DNA of 25,952 nt from Deinococcaceae bacterium (GCA_040256005.1 JBDZWC010000033.1:1-25952), one strand, 5' to 3'; positions 16,771 through 25,952 are shown, counted from the stretch's first letter. Notes: generated from the letters alone by a model not told the origin. Program-made: numbers and translations.

Positions 16771-17970
16771 CTACCTGGGCTCGAGCGGCACCAAGTCCCC
16801 GGTCTGCAGGTCGAGGCGGTAGGCGCCGGTGTCGGGCACGGCCCGCAGGTAGCGCCTGACGTCGGCGCCCCTGACCAGCTGGAACTCGCGCAGACCGGGC
16901 TCGATGCCGGGCGCGAAGCCACCCGGTTGCAGACGCCCGTCGACGTAGACCAGCACCTCGCGCTGCTCGTCCCAGAAGACGACGAGTGGTGCCGCGGGCG
17001 TCAACGTCGTCTCGACCCGCGTCACCCGGTAGTTACGAACGTTCGCGTAGTGGGTCTCCGGCTCGAAGCCGTCGCGCTGCAGCGTGATCGTGTGGATCCC
17101 GGGCAGGGCCGGCAGGGTCGCGGGCGATACGCCGGCTGGTTCGCCGTCCAGCCAGACGCGCGCCGCCGGGTAGCTCGTCACCTGCACGCTGCCGCCGGAT
17201 ATGGGGGTGAGGACGACGGGCAGGAAGCTCGTGTCGCCGGCCCGCAGCTCGACCATGCGGACCTCGGGCAGGAAGCCCTCCTTGCGCACCTCCACCTGGT
17301 AGCGCCCCGGCCGGAGCATCGCCACGTCGAGCTGGCCGGTGTGGCCGATGGCCACGCCGTCCACGAAGACCTGCGCGTCTCCGGGCTCGCTGGAGACGAA
17401 CAGCCCGGCGTCGCCGGCCGGCAGCTCTAGCTGGGCGGTCGTGAACTCGGCGACCATGGCCGCCAGGTCGGAGGCGGCCGTCGTGGGGTTGGCCGCGTCA
17501 AGGGGCGTCGTGATCACGTCGGTCGCCCTGCGGTACTGAGCGTCGACGACGATGAGGTTCACGGCGTAGGCCGGTGGGCCGGCCTCGTCGATGCGCGCCA
17601 CCTCGCCGCTGACCGCGTAGCGGGCGGAGTCCACCTCGGCGATGAGCATCGAGAGCTCGGGGTCCAGGCTGCCGGCGATGCCGGAGGTGATCCGCTCGCC
17701 GTTCCTCACCTCGAGACCCGTCGCCGCGCCGACCGCGGACCGGAAGGTCGCCATGAACGCGCCCAGCACTTCGTCGGGCACGACGCCCCTGACTCCGAAC
17801 GTGGGCACGGAGACCTGTGCGAACGCGGCCGATACGAGGAGTGCTGTCAGCAGGGCCGCCGCGTGCCTGCCGGCGCGCCTGAACGGGGCGTGGGGACAGC
17901 TGGCCGCGGGCAGCGGCGCCGACGCCGCGCCCGGAAGCCCGGCGTGGCGTCTCTTCGCGGACGGGCCCAT
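16771..17970 (-). CDS. PEGA-domain exported protein
   Basis: Signal ending AFA|Q; PEGA repeats LFVSSEPGDAQVFVDG..PGRYQVEVRKEGF and VQVTSYPAARVWLDG..PGIHTITLQRDGF; TATACT 7 nt upstream of ATG 17970. Confidence 0.85.
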   Translation of the reverse strand: MGPSAKRRHAGLPGAASAPLPAASCPHAPFRRAGRHAAALLTALLVSAAFAQVSVPTFGVRGVVPDEVLGAFMATFRSAVGAATGLEVRNGERITSGIAGSLDPELSMLIAEVDSARYAVSGEVARIDEAGPPAYAVNLIVVDAQYRRATDVITTPLDAANPTTAASDLAAMVAEFTTAQLELPAGDAGLFVSSEPGDAQVFVDGVAIGHTGQLDVAMLRPGRYQVEVRKEGFLPEVRMVELRAGDTSFLPVVLTPISGGSVQVTSYPAARVWLDGEPAGVSPATLPALPGIHTITLQRDGFEPETHYANVRNYRVTRVETTLTPAAPLVVFWDEQREVLVYVDGRLQPGGFAPGIEPGLREFQLVRGADVRRYLRAVPDTGAYRLDLQTGDLVPLEPR

Positions 17971-18042
17971 CGCGGCAAGTATATCCGTCCACACGCGCAA
18001 CTCCGGGGCTGGGCGGCTGCCCCCTTGATATCCTCGGGTGGC

Positions 18043-18798
18043 ATGCGCTACCTCGTCCTGAGCGACGTCCACGCCAACCTCCCAGCCCTGGACGCGGTGG
18101 TGAACCACGCCAAGCAACGCGGCTTCGACGAGGTCGCCTTCCTCGGCGACGCGGTGGGCTACTACCCGCAGGCCGAGGAGGTGGTCGAAAGACTCATCCA
18201 GCTCGACCCCAAGGTCCGGCTGATGGGCAACCACGACGCCGCGCTCCTCGAGATGGTGGACGGTCTCAGGGTCTCGGGCGATGCCAGCGTGGTCTCGGAG
18301 GTCCTGGAGCGCCATGCCGAGCAGCTCACTGCCGACAGCGTGGCGTTCCTGCGCACGTTCCGCGCCCATCACCTCGACGACCAGTGGGAGGCGGCGCACG
18401 GCGCGCTCACCCGGCCGTGGGAGTACCTGGCCACGATGGCGAGCGCCCAGGCGAACGTCGCCCTGATGAGCACCAGGCTGCTCTTCGTGGGCCATACCCA
18501 TCACCCCAGGGTCTACGCCAGGGCGCGCAGCGGCACTCAGGAGCTGTGGCGGACCGTGACGTTCCGTGACGAGAGGGTCAGCTACCGCGTGCCGCCGCTG
18601 GCGACCGTGATCGCGAACCCCGGCGCCGTGGGCCAGCCGCGCGATCAGGTGCCCCTCGCCGCCTACGCCCTCTTCGACGTGCCGTCCATGACGATCGACT
18701 TCCACCGCGTCGAGTTCGACGTCGCCGCCGTGCAGACCGCCGTGCGAGCCGCCGGTTATCCGGAGGTGCTCGCCGCCAGGCTGGCCGTGGGCAGGTGA
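18043..18798 (+). CDS. Calcineurin-like metallophosphoesterase (YfcE/MJ0936-like)
   Basis: SDVHAN, GDAVGY, GNHD, HG, GHTH, NPGAVGQPRD; TGaTATCCT 8 nt upstream of ATG 18043. Confidence 0.92.
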   Translation: MRYLVLSDVHANLPALDAVVNHAKQRGFDEVAFLGDAVGYYPQAEEVVERLIQLDPKVRLMGNHDAALLEMVDGLRVSGDASVVSEVLERHAEQLTADSVAFLRTFRAHHLDDQWEAAHGALTRPWEYLATMASAQANVALMSTRLLFVGHTHHPRVYARARSGTQELWRTVTFRDERVSYRVPPLATVIANPGAVGQPRDQVPLAAYALFDVPSMTIDFHRVEFDVAAVQTAVRAAGYPEVLAARLAVGR

Positions 18799-19742
18799 GC
18801 GCCGTGGAGCCGCGCGGCAACGAGCGGGTGTTCGCTCAGCTCAAGGCGGCCGTGTCCCGACCGGGCTTCCAGCGCACGCTCCTCTTCTCGGGCCCGGACG
18901 GGGTGGGCAGGCGGCGCGCCGCGACCTGGCTGACCGCCTACCTCAACTGCCTCGCCAGCGAGGACGAGCGCCCGTGCGGCGTCTGTGCCTCCTGCCGAGC
19001 CGTGGCGGCGGGCGAGTCCTTGGACTACCGCGAGGTGTTCCCCAGCACGACCTCGCGCTCGGGTCGGGCCAGGCACAGGGGCGAGATCAGGATCGGTCAG
19101 CTCGTCCCGCGGGAGCGGGAGACGGAGACAGACCCCCTCGTGCCCTGGCTGGAGGCGCGTCCCCACGGCCGCTACCGCGTCGCGGTCGTCGACGACGCCC
19201 ACACGATCAACGCCAGCGCCGCTAACGCGTTCCTCAAGACTTTGGAGGAGCCGCCGGCGCACGCCGTCATCATCCTCGTGGCGCCCGGCCCGGAGGCTCT
19301 CATGCCGACGGTAGCGTCGCGGGCGGTCAACTTCCGCTTCGCGGCGGTGCCGCTGGCAGACGCCGAGATGCCGGGGCACCCCGGCGTACGCCTCGGGCAG
19401 CCGGGCCTCCTGGAGCTCGCCAAGGCCAACAGGGAGGCGACCGACGAGGCGCGCGCCGCCGCCGAGGCGCTCATGGATAGCGTCCGGGGAGACCTCCTGC
19501 AGGCGCTCGAGGGGGCTGAGGAGCTGTCCAAGGCGCTGTCCTCGGCCACGATAGAGGGAGCGCAACCCGGGCCGCTCGGTTGGCTGCGCGAGGCGGTCCG
19601 GTCACTGCCGCCGGCCGCCTACGCCGAGACTCTGGACCATCTGAACGACCTGGAAGACGCGTTGGCGGCTTACGCCAACGCCGGCCTGGCCTGCGCCACG
19701 TTCGCACTCAGGCTGCGCGCCACCGTCGCTAACGTGCTCTAG
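18795..19742 (+). CDS. holB: DNA polymerase III subunit delta'
   Basis: Degenerate Walker A GPDGVGRR, 4-Cys zinc module C..PCGVCASC, AANAFLKTLEEPP, PTVASR; GTGA coupling to the upstream gene. Confidence 0.88.
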   Translation: MSAVEPRGNERVFAQLKAAVSRPGFQRTLLFSGPDGVGRRRAATWLTAYLNCLASEDERPCGVCASCRAVAAGESLDYREVFPSTTSRSGRARHRGEIRIGQLVPRERETETDPLVPWLEARPHGRYRVAVVDDAHTINASAANAFLKTLEEPPAHAVIILVAPGPEALMPTVASRAVNFRFAAVPLADAEMPGHPGVRLGQPGLLELAKANREATDEARAAAEALMDSVRGDLLQALEGAEELSKALSSATIEGAQPGPLGWLREAVRSLPPAAYAETLDHLNDLEDALAAYANAGLACATFALRLRATVANVL

Positions 19743-20536
19743 CCCTTGACGGGCCTCGTGATCTCGGCCGCGGGGAACTCGTGGATCGCGCCCTCCTCGG
19801 TCTTGAGCTCCAGGGTGCCCTGCAAAGGGTTCAGCTTCACGACCCGGCCGCAGGTGCCGCTGCTCTCGTGGCAGCCTCGGCTGCCCTTGCGGGGCATGCC
19901 CTTGAGGAGGTCCCGGTACATGTCGTGCTCGTACTGCAGGCAGCACATGAGCCGACCGCACGGGCCGGAGATCTTCTCGGGGTTGAGGGGTAGCTGCTGG
20001 TCCCTGGCCATGCGGATGCTCACGGAGCTGAAGCTCTGTAGCCAGGTCGAGCTGCACGAGCCGTCGCCGCACACCCCGAGCGTGCCCAGCATGCGGGCCT
20101 GGTCGCGAGGGCCGACGTTGACGAACTCGACCCGCGCCTCGGTGCGCTCGACGAGCTCCTGCGCCAGCACTCTCAGGGGCGGCTGCACGTCGCTGGAGTA
20201 GCTGACGACGAGGAGGCTCTCGTCGATGGTGAACTCGAGCGCCACCACCTTCATGTCGGCGCCGACTTGGCGGGCGCGGGCCTTGAGCAGCCATTTCAGG
20301 TCCTCGGCCTTGGCCTTGAGCGCCTCGTAGCGCTCCAGGTCGTCGTTCTGGGCCTCCCTGACGTAGTGACCGTGGGCGCGTTCCACCTCACGTGGCTCGG
20401 TGCGCACCTTGCCTACCTCAAGCCCGCGCCGGGTCGTCACCACGCAGGTGGTGCCGACCGCCGGTGGCGACGGCGGGGCCTCCATGTAATGGATCTTGGG
20501 TCCGTTGTCGAAGCGGACGCCTATGCACTCTGGCAT
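19739..20536 (-). CDS. ricT: PSP1-domain protein, RicT/YaaT family (Fe-S)
   Basis: VGPRDQARMLG.LGVCG, VSIRMARDQQLPLNPEKISGPCGRLMCCLQYE; TAGTAT 6 nt upstream of ATG. Confidence 0.9.
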   Translation of the reverse strand: MPECIGVRFDNGPKIHYMEAPPSPPAVGTTCVVTTRRGLEVGKVRTEPREVERAHGHYVREAQNDDLERYEALKAKAEDLKWLLKARARQVGADMKVVALEFTIDESLLVVSYSSDVQPPLRVLAQELVERTEARVEFVNVGPRDQARMLGTLGVCGDGSCSSTWLQSFSSVSIRMARDQQLPLNPEKISGPCGRLMCCLQYEHDMYRDLLKGMPRKGSRGCHESSGTCGRVVKLNPLQGTLELKTEEGAIHEFPAAEITRPVKG

Positions 20537-20566
20537 GGGCGGATACTACCTTGGCAGTCGCGGCGC

Positions 20567-20592
20567 CCGCCCGGGCGCGGTGACCCGGGCGG
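20567..20592. terminator. GC-rich 9-bp hairpin immediately after the rnhB stop
   Basis: CCGCCCGGG-N8-CCCGGGCGG; no U-tract. Confidence 0.3.
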
Positions 20593-21216
20593 TCACTGGA
20601 ACGCCCCGTAGAGGCTCACGGCGGCGACCGGGGCGAAGCTCAACCGGTGCTGCGGGCAGGGGCCCAGGCGGCGCAGCGCGTCGAGGTGCTCGGGCACGCC
20701 GTAGCCCACATGCCGCGCGAACCCGTAGCCGGGGAACTCGTCCTCGAGCCGGGTCAGGTACTCGTCGCGCTCGTGCTTGGCCAGGATGCTGGCCGCGGCG
20801 ACCTGGTAGCTGATGGCGTCTGCTCTCGCCTCCGCGACCTCGGGCACCCCGCAGCCCAACGGCAGATAGTCGGTGACGAGCCCGTCGAGCCGGTCACGCA
20901 CGCGCTCCACAGCGCGCCGGGCGGCGGCCTTCGTGGCGCCCAGCACGTTGAGCGAGTCGACCTCCACCGCCGTTGCGAACTCGCAGGCGTACGCGACGGC
21001 CTCGGTGCCCAGGCGAGCAGCGAGCTCGGCCCGCTGCTCGCGCGTGAGCGTCTTCGAGTCGCGGTACGGGTACTCTCTGCCGGCAGCCAGCACGACCACG
21101 GCAGCCGAGACAGGACCGGCGAGCGCTCCCCTCCCGGCCTCGTCAACACCCGCGACGGCCACAGCTCCGCGCGCCCAGAGGCGTCGCTCCAGCGTCCAGC
21201 CGGGCTCCGGCGCCAC
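20593..21216 (-). CDS. rnhB: Ribonuclease HII
   Basis: GVDEAGRGALAGPV, RDSKTL, VAAASILAK..RD, YGFARHVGYG, HRLSF; GTG 21216 lies 2 nt after the kinase stop. Confidence 0.94.
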   Translation of the reverse strand: MAPEPGWTLERRLWARGAVAVAGVDEAGRGALAGPVSAAVVVLAAGREYPYRDSKTLTREQRAELAARLGTEAVAYACEFATAVEVDSLNVLGATKAAARRAVERVRDRLDGLVTDYLPLGCGVPEVAEARADAISYQVAAASILAKHERDEYLTRLEDEFPGYGFARHVGYGVPEHLDALRRLGPCPQHRLSFAPVAAVSLYGAFQ

Positions 21217-21218
21217 GC

Positions 21219-22424
21219 CTACGGGTTCCCCACGACCTCGCCGGGCAGCGCCCCCTCGGCGACGCTGTCGGGCAGCGTGAAGTAGAAGGTGCTGCCGCGG
21301 CCCACCTTGGACTCCACCCAGATCCTGCCGCCGTGCTTCTCCACGGCGAGCTTGCAGAACGTCAGGCCCATCCCGCTGTCGTAGCGGTCGTGAACCGTGT
21401 GCCTGGACTGCTCGAAGGCGTTGAAGATGCGCTTCTGGTCGGCCTCGGGTATGCCCTCGCCGTCGTCGCGGACGCTGAGCACGAAGCCGCCGTCCTGCTT
21501 CCACGCCCTGAAGTCGATGTAGCCGCCGCGCCTGGTGTGCTTGATGGCGTTGGCCATCAGGTTCGCGAGCACGCGCCGGAGCAGCTTGGGGTCGCCGTAG
21601 ACCCGTTCGGCCTCGGGGCGCACGAGGAACCCGAAGTTGCGGTCCTTGGGCCCGCCCGAGACGTCGCCGAGCGCCTCCTTCGCCAGGTCCGTGAGGCTGG
21701 CGATGGGCGCCGGCGAGTACGGCATCTGGCCCTCCTTCATGCGCCTGACGTCGAGGATGTTCGCCGCCAGGTTCAACAGGTGTTGCGACTCGCTGCGGGC
21801 CAGGCCCAGCAGCTCCTCGACGCCGGTGTCGCCGCCGGCCCTCATCATCTCCAGGCTGTGGTCCAGCAGGCCCATGACGCTCGAGATGGGACTCTTGAGG
21901 TCGTGGACCAGCATGTGTATGAGGTCGTCCTTGACGCGCTCCGAGTCCTTGAGCGCCTGCTCGAAGCGCCGCGCCCTGTCCAGCGCTGTGCGCATGTCGC
22001 GCTCGGCGCGACGGCGGGTGAGCAGCTGCTCCAGGTACGCCTTGACGACGGTGGGCTGGGTAGGCAGCGCGATGTAGGCGTCGGCGCCCGAGCCGATGGC
22101 CCGCGCCTCGATCTCGGCGTCGGCCGGTCCCAGGTAGACCAGCGGCGCGTGGGCGAGGTGCTGCCGGCTGCGGAGGATGTAGACGATGTCGAGGCCCTCA
22201 GGCACGCGCGTCGCCAGGGCATGCTCGATGACCACGGCCTCCGGCGTCGCGGGCGCGACTCCGTCGGCGGCGGGCGCGCCGGCGCCGCGCGTCACGTACA
22301 GCAGTTGCTCCACGTCGTCTATGACGTGGCCCTCGAGCCTCAGCTCGGAGAGGACCCGGTTCAGCGTCTGGCCGCGCTCCTGGCTTCCGGACGCGATCAG
22401 CACGTGTGGGGCTGCGGCCGCCAT
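21219..22424 (-). CDS. Cytoplasmic hybrid histidine kinase with an N-terminal pseudo-receiver domain
   Basis: H-box VHDLKSP, N-box NLMANAIKH, G1 DDGEGI, G2 GMGLTF; receiver-like N-terminus; start uncertain (22424/22430/22436), TGaTAGTAT at 22443-22435. Confidence 0.88.
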   Translation of the reverse strand: MAAAAPHVLIASGSQERGQTLNRVLSELRLEGHVIDDVEQLLYVTRGAGAPAADGVAPATPEAVVIEHALATRVPEGLDIVYILRSRQHLAHAPLVYLGPADAEIEARAIGSGADAYIALPTQPTVVKAYLEQLLTRRRAERDMRTALDRARRFEQALKDSERVKDDLIHMLVHDLKSPISSVMGLLDHSLEMMRAGGDTGVEELLGLARSESQHLLNLAANILDVRRMKEGQMPYSPAPIASLTDLAKEALGDVSGGPKDRNFGFLVRPEAERVYGDPKLLRRVLANLMANAIKHTRRGGYIDFRAWKQDGGFVLSVRDDGEGIPEADQKRIFNAFEQSRHTVHDRYDSGMGLTFCKLAVEKHGGRIWVESKVGRGSTFYFTLPDSVAEGALPGEVVGNP

Positions 22425-22510
22425 CGTCACGCGCATACTATCAACCACCGCGCAGCCTTCGGAACGCGAACTCCCTTTCACCTTCCGGCCGGCTGCTAGC
22501 ATCCATAGGC

Positions 22511-25000
22511 GTGACTACGGGGGGCTTGGCGCTGGGTCCCATCACCTTCGAGCAGCCCCTGGCGCTGCTCGGGCTGTTGCTGTGCCTGTTGCCGCTACTC
22601 CCGCGGCCGGGCGGACCGCAGGCTTGGCTCCGGGCGGGCGCGGTGGCGCTGGCGGCGCTGGCCCTGGCCCAGCCCATGGTCGGCGGCGGGCGGCCCCGCG
22701 TGGCGGTCGTCGTAGACGTCTCGGACAGCGTCGGCGACGCCGGCCTGGCGCGCGCGGCCGAACTCGTGGCCGGCTTGCCGGCAGACACCGATCTCGTCCT
22801 GGCAGCGTCGGAGTCCACGCGCGTGCCCGACCTGCCTGACACGGCGCCCCGCTTCCTGACCGCCGGCGGCACGGACCTGGCCCGCGCGCTGCAGGTCGCC
22901 ACGGCGGGTGGGGCTGACCGCATCCTGCTGGTCTCGGACGGGGTCGCGCCGGAGGCCGAGACTCTGGCTGCCCTCCCGGCCGTGCCGGTGGACGTCGCTC
23001 CGGTGCCACGCCGTGCCGGAGTCGGCCTCGCCGAGCTGATCCTGCCCACCCAAGCGGCTCCCGGGCAGACGGTGGAGGCGGTCGCGGTCGTGCGCTCCGA
23101 CGTCGAGGCGACCGTCCGGGTCGGGGGCGTGGCCGGCGATACCGACCTGGAACCCGTCGAAGTACGTGTGCAGCCCGGCACGACCGCCGTCCCTCTCTCG
23201 TTCACGGCCGGGCAAGGCTCGGTGATGAACGTCAGCGTCGACCTGTTCACGGATGCACCCGCCGGCGCCACGACGCTCAGCCGTGAGCTCTCCGTCAGGA
23301 CGCGCCCCCCTCTGCTCGTCGTCGGTGACCCGGGGCTGGCGGCAGCGCTGACGGCGCAGGGCCTCGACGTGCGTACGGGCACCGCAGCCGACGTGACGTC
23401 GCCCCTGCCCTACTCGGCCATCGCGATCCGCGGCGGCGCCGCGGACTTCACGCCCGGCCAACTGGACCTACTGGCGGGGTTCGTGCAGTCGGGCGGCGGC
23501 CTGATGATGACAGGCGGGCCGGAGAGCTTCGGTTTCGGGGGCTGGTACCGCACGCCGGTGGAGGACGTGCTGCCCGTCACCACCGATCTCCGCACCGAGG
23601 TCACGCTGCCGCTGGTCGCGCTCGTGATGGTGGTGGACAGGTCGCAGTCGATGGCGACGGGCTCGCCCTCGAAGATCGAGCTGGCCAAGGAGGGCGCGAT
23701 CCAGGTCGTGGAGCTGGCGTACCAGGAGGACCTGCTCGGTCTCATCGCGTTCTCTGACGAGGCCAGCACCCGCTGGGTCTTCGAGCTCAGGCCCGCGACG
23801 GAACGCGGCAAGCGCGAGATGCTCCAGGGCATCCTCGGGGTGGGAACTGGCGGCGGCACCGTGCTGGAACCCGCCTACCGGCAGGCGATCGAGGCGCTCA
23901 GGCGCACCGACGCGGCGGTCAAGCACGTGATCGTCCTCTCCGACGGCCGTCTCTACGACGGTGGCGGGCCGTTCGGGAACCAGCAGGAGATGCCCGACTT
24001 CGGCGCGTTGGCCTCCGAAGCTCAGGCCGACGGCATCACCACCTCGACGATCGCGATCGGCTCGGAGGCCGACTTCGAGCGGCTGGCCGCGATCGCCAAC
24101 GCGGGCGGGGGCCGGTACTACGAGGCGCTCGACGTCAGCACGCTGCCGCGCATCTTCAGCAACGAGGCGCTCACGGCGACGCGCGCCCTGCTCGTCGAAG
24201 AGCCGACGGTCCCTCGCGGCCGGCCCAACCAGCTCTACGACTTCCCGGCGGCGTTGCCCCCCGTGGACGCGTACGTGGCCACGAGCATCAAGTCGGACGC
24301 CCAGGAGCTGCTGTCCGGTCGCGAAGGCGAGCCGCTGCTGGCCGTGCGCAGGGCCGGGCTGGGTCGCACCGCCGCCCTCACCACCGACCTCAACGGCTGG
24401 GCCGGCAGCTTCGGCTCCTGGCCCGGGTTGGCCGGTGCGCTCGGCACGCTGGGACGCTGGCTGCAGGCGGTGCCGCCCGGGTACGACGCCACGGCGAGCC
24501 GCGACGGCAACGACCTGGAGGTCGTGGTGGACGCGGTGCTGGGCGGCGAGTACGTAGACGGCGAGCGGCTGGTGGCGCGGTTCGGGGGGGCCACGACCCA
24601 GCTCGACCAGGTCGGACCCGGCCGCTACGTTGGTCGCCTGCCCTGGGTGGAGGGCGCCGGCCAGGAGGTGGTCGTCGCCCGCGACGGAGACGTCGTGGCG
24701 CGGGCCAGCGTCACGGGCCCGGACCCCGAGTTCGCGGAGGTGGGCGGCGAGCCGCTGCTGGAGACGGTGGCGTTACGCACCGGCGGGACCGTCGTGAGGG
24801 GCGACGCATACGAGCCGGAGCTGTCCGGCGACGGGCGGTCGCTGTGGCAAACCTGCCTGGCCGCTGCCGTCTTGCTGTTCCTCATCGAGCTCGCCTGGCG
24901 TAGGTTCGCGCCGGTCGCAGCGGCAGCCAAGGGCCCACCTGAGCGGACGCTCACTCCTCGTCGGCTGTGGTCGTCGGCTCGTCTACGTCGACCTTCATGA
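22511..25000 (+). CDS. Membrane-anchored VWA-domain protein with a GATase1-like (DUF1355-like) domain
   Basis: N-terminal TMs (FEQPLALL..); MIDAS motifs DVSDS and DRSQS; GGGLMMTGGPESFGFGGW; C-terminal TM ..ELAWRRF; TGcTAGCAT 8 nt upstream of GTG 22511. Confidence 0.85.
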   Translation: MTTGGLALGPITFEQPLALLGLLLCLLPLLPRPGGPQAWLRAGAVALAALALAQPMVGGGRPRVAVVVDVSDSVGDAGLARAAELVAGLPADTDLVLAASESTRVPDLPDTAPRFLTAGGTDLARALQVATAGGADRILLVSDGVAPEAETLAALPAVPVDVAPVPRRAGVGLAELILPTQAAPGQTVEAVAVVRSDVEATVRVGGVAGDTDLEPVEVRVQPGTTAVPLSFTAGQGSVMNVSVDLFTDAPAGATTLSRELSVRTRPPLLVVGDPGLAAALTAQGLDVRTGTAADVTSPLPYSAIAIRGGAADFTPGQLDLLAGFVQSGGGLMMTGGPESFGFGGWYRTPVEDVLPVTTDLRTEVTLPLVALVMVVDRSQSMATGSPSKIELAKEGAIQVVELAYQEDLLGLIAFSDEASTRWVFELRPATERGKREMLQGILGVGTGGGTVLEPAYRQAIEALRRTDAAVKHVIVLSDGRLYDGGGPFGNQQEMPDFGALASEAQADGITTSTIAIGSEADFERLAAIANAGGGRYYEALDVSTLPRIFSNEALTATRALLVEEPTVPRGRPNQLYDFPAALPPVDAYVATSIKSDAQELLSGREGEPLLAVRRAGLGRTAALTTDLNGWAGSFGSWPGLAGALGTLGRWLQAVPPGYDATASRDGNDLEVVVDAVLGGEYVDGERLVARFGGATTQLDQVGPGRYVGRLPWVEGAGQEVVVARDGDVVARASVTGPDPEFAEVGGEPLLETVALRTGGTVVRGDAYEPELSGDGRSLWQTCLAAAVLLFLIELAWRRFAPVAAAAKGPPERTLTPRRLWSSARLRRPS

Positions 25001-25952
25001 CCTCGCGCAGTACCGAGGTCGCGTAGGAGCCCTTGGGCAGCTCGAAGTCTAGGACGAGCCCGTCCTCCACCTCGGTCACCCGTGGCGACGAGACCCGTAT
25101 GCGGGTCATGCGCCTGTCTCCACGTCTCGACGTGAAGTCGCTCCACCTCAGGTCGAGACGCTCCAGCACCCTGGCCTCGATCTCGCCGGCCCGCCCGGGC
25201 GACGGCTTCACCTTGCGGCCGTAGAGGGGCACGGTGGCGCTGATCTCGAGGTCGGCGGCGCGGGGCGACTCGCCGCCCTCGTCGGCGACGAGGAAGGTGC
25301 CGCCGGTGTCGTGCTTGCGGGCCCAGTCTCCCTCGACGACGGTCTGATACAGGCCCTCGCGTACGCGCTCCGCCAGCACCTCGTTGAAGAACAGGGACTG
25401 CAGTGCGGACACGAAGAAGCGGTTGAGCCGCTGACCGCCCGGCACGCGCTCACCGCGCAGCACCCGCCACCCGTCGTAGGCGTTGGACCCGTAGCGGCCG
25501 AAGCGCTGCGGTCCGAACCAGTTCGGCGCGCCGCGGTGGGCCAGCGCTTCGAGCGCTGTGCTCGCGGCTCGCGCCGCTCCTCGCTCGGGTCGCCTGATCG
25601 TGACGCTGAAGCGGTTGCCCTTCAGGTGCCCCAACCCGAGCTTGTTGCCGTGCAGTGAGCGGTCGAGCACCTCGACACCAGGCAGTGCCTCCAGGGCCTC
25701 GACGGCGGCCTCGTCGCGTTTCGGGAGGCTCAGCCACTGCGTGGTGACGGCATGCTTGTCCTTGAGCCCCGCCACACCGATCGCGACCTCGCTCACGCCC
25801 GCGCCCACCAGGGCGGCCACCAGGTCCCTGGTCGTCAGGGAGCGCTTCCGAACGAGGAGGTAGAGGTGGGACCCTGTGCCGGAGGGCTCGTACAGCGGCA
25901 CCTCCTCGACGACGAAGTCCTCTGGTGCGGCGCGTATCTCTCCGCCGGTGCC
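24951..25952 (-). CDS. truD: tRNA pseudouridine(13) synthase TruD, 5'-truncated by the window edge
   Basis: Frame stays open to the window end (GTGGEIRAAPEDFVVEE); GLKDKHAVTTQW, GNRFSV, PNWFGPQRFG, FELPKGSYATSVLRE. Confidence 0.95.
   Translation of the reverse strand, partial: GTGGEIRAAPEDFVVEEVPLYEPSGTGSHLYLLVRKRSLTTRDLVAALVGAGVSEVAIGVAGLKDKHAVTTQWLSLPKRDEAAVEALEALPGVEVLDRSLHGNKLGLGHLKGNRFSVTIRRPERGAARAASTALEALAHRGAPNWFGPQRFGRYGSNAYDGWRVLRGERVPGGQRLNRFFVSALQSLFFNEVLAERVREGLYQTVVEGDWARKHDTGGTFLVADEGGESPRAADLEISATVPLYGRKVKPSPGRAGEIEARVLERLDLRWSDFTSRRGDRRMTRIRVSSPRVTEVEDGLVLDFELPKGSYATSVLREVMKVDVDEPTTTADEE

Noticed and set aside
16771..18705. 644-aa PEGA ORF
   Set aside because: The first 245 codons are antisense to the metallophosphoesterase and its promoter; TATACT supports ATG 17970
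1..25952. CRISPR arrays, IS/transposase, prophage, tRNA or rRNA genes
   Set aside because: Intergenic gaps are all under ~180 nt with no repeat-spacer pattern, cloverleaf or recombinase motifs seen

Overview
High-GC (~70%), densely coding chromosomal segment, most likely from a Deinococcota genome (Truepera-like). This is inferred from the DUF1999, DUF3248 and DUF3809 proteins and from many TANNNT -10 boxes 6-8 nt ahead of start codons. About 25 genes, mostly housekeeping: fakA/DAK2, Asp23, truA, PAP2, mnmE, htrA, patatin, signal peptidase I, HD protein, glgP, PEGA protein, metallophosphoesterase, holB, PSP1/RicT, rnhB, a hybrid histidine kinase, a VWA protein and a partial truD. No mobile element, CRISPR array, rRNA or tRNA was recognised. 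The most novel part is the left end: two adjacent lipoprotein genes that together hold three copies of an unnamed ~230-aa CxGxC / DxxEPxN / GAxExxGDxDxW domain. The 3' ~490 nt of the larger gene has sharply different codon usage. An 11-bp-period direct repeat sits upstream of both lipoprotein genes and upstream of htrA. Other oddities are a Cys-less HMA-like protein, a pseudo-receiver histidine kinase and a tail-to-tail holB/ricT pair. All family calls come from motif recognition by eye; no searches were run.
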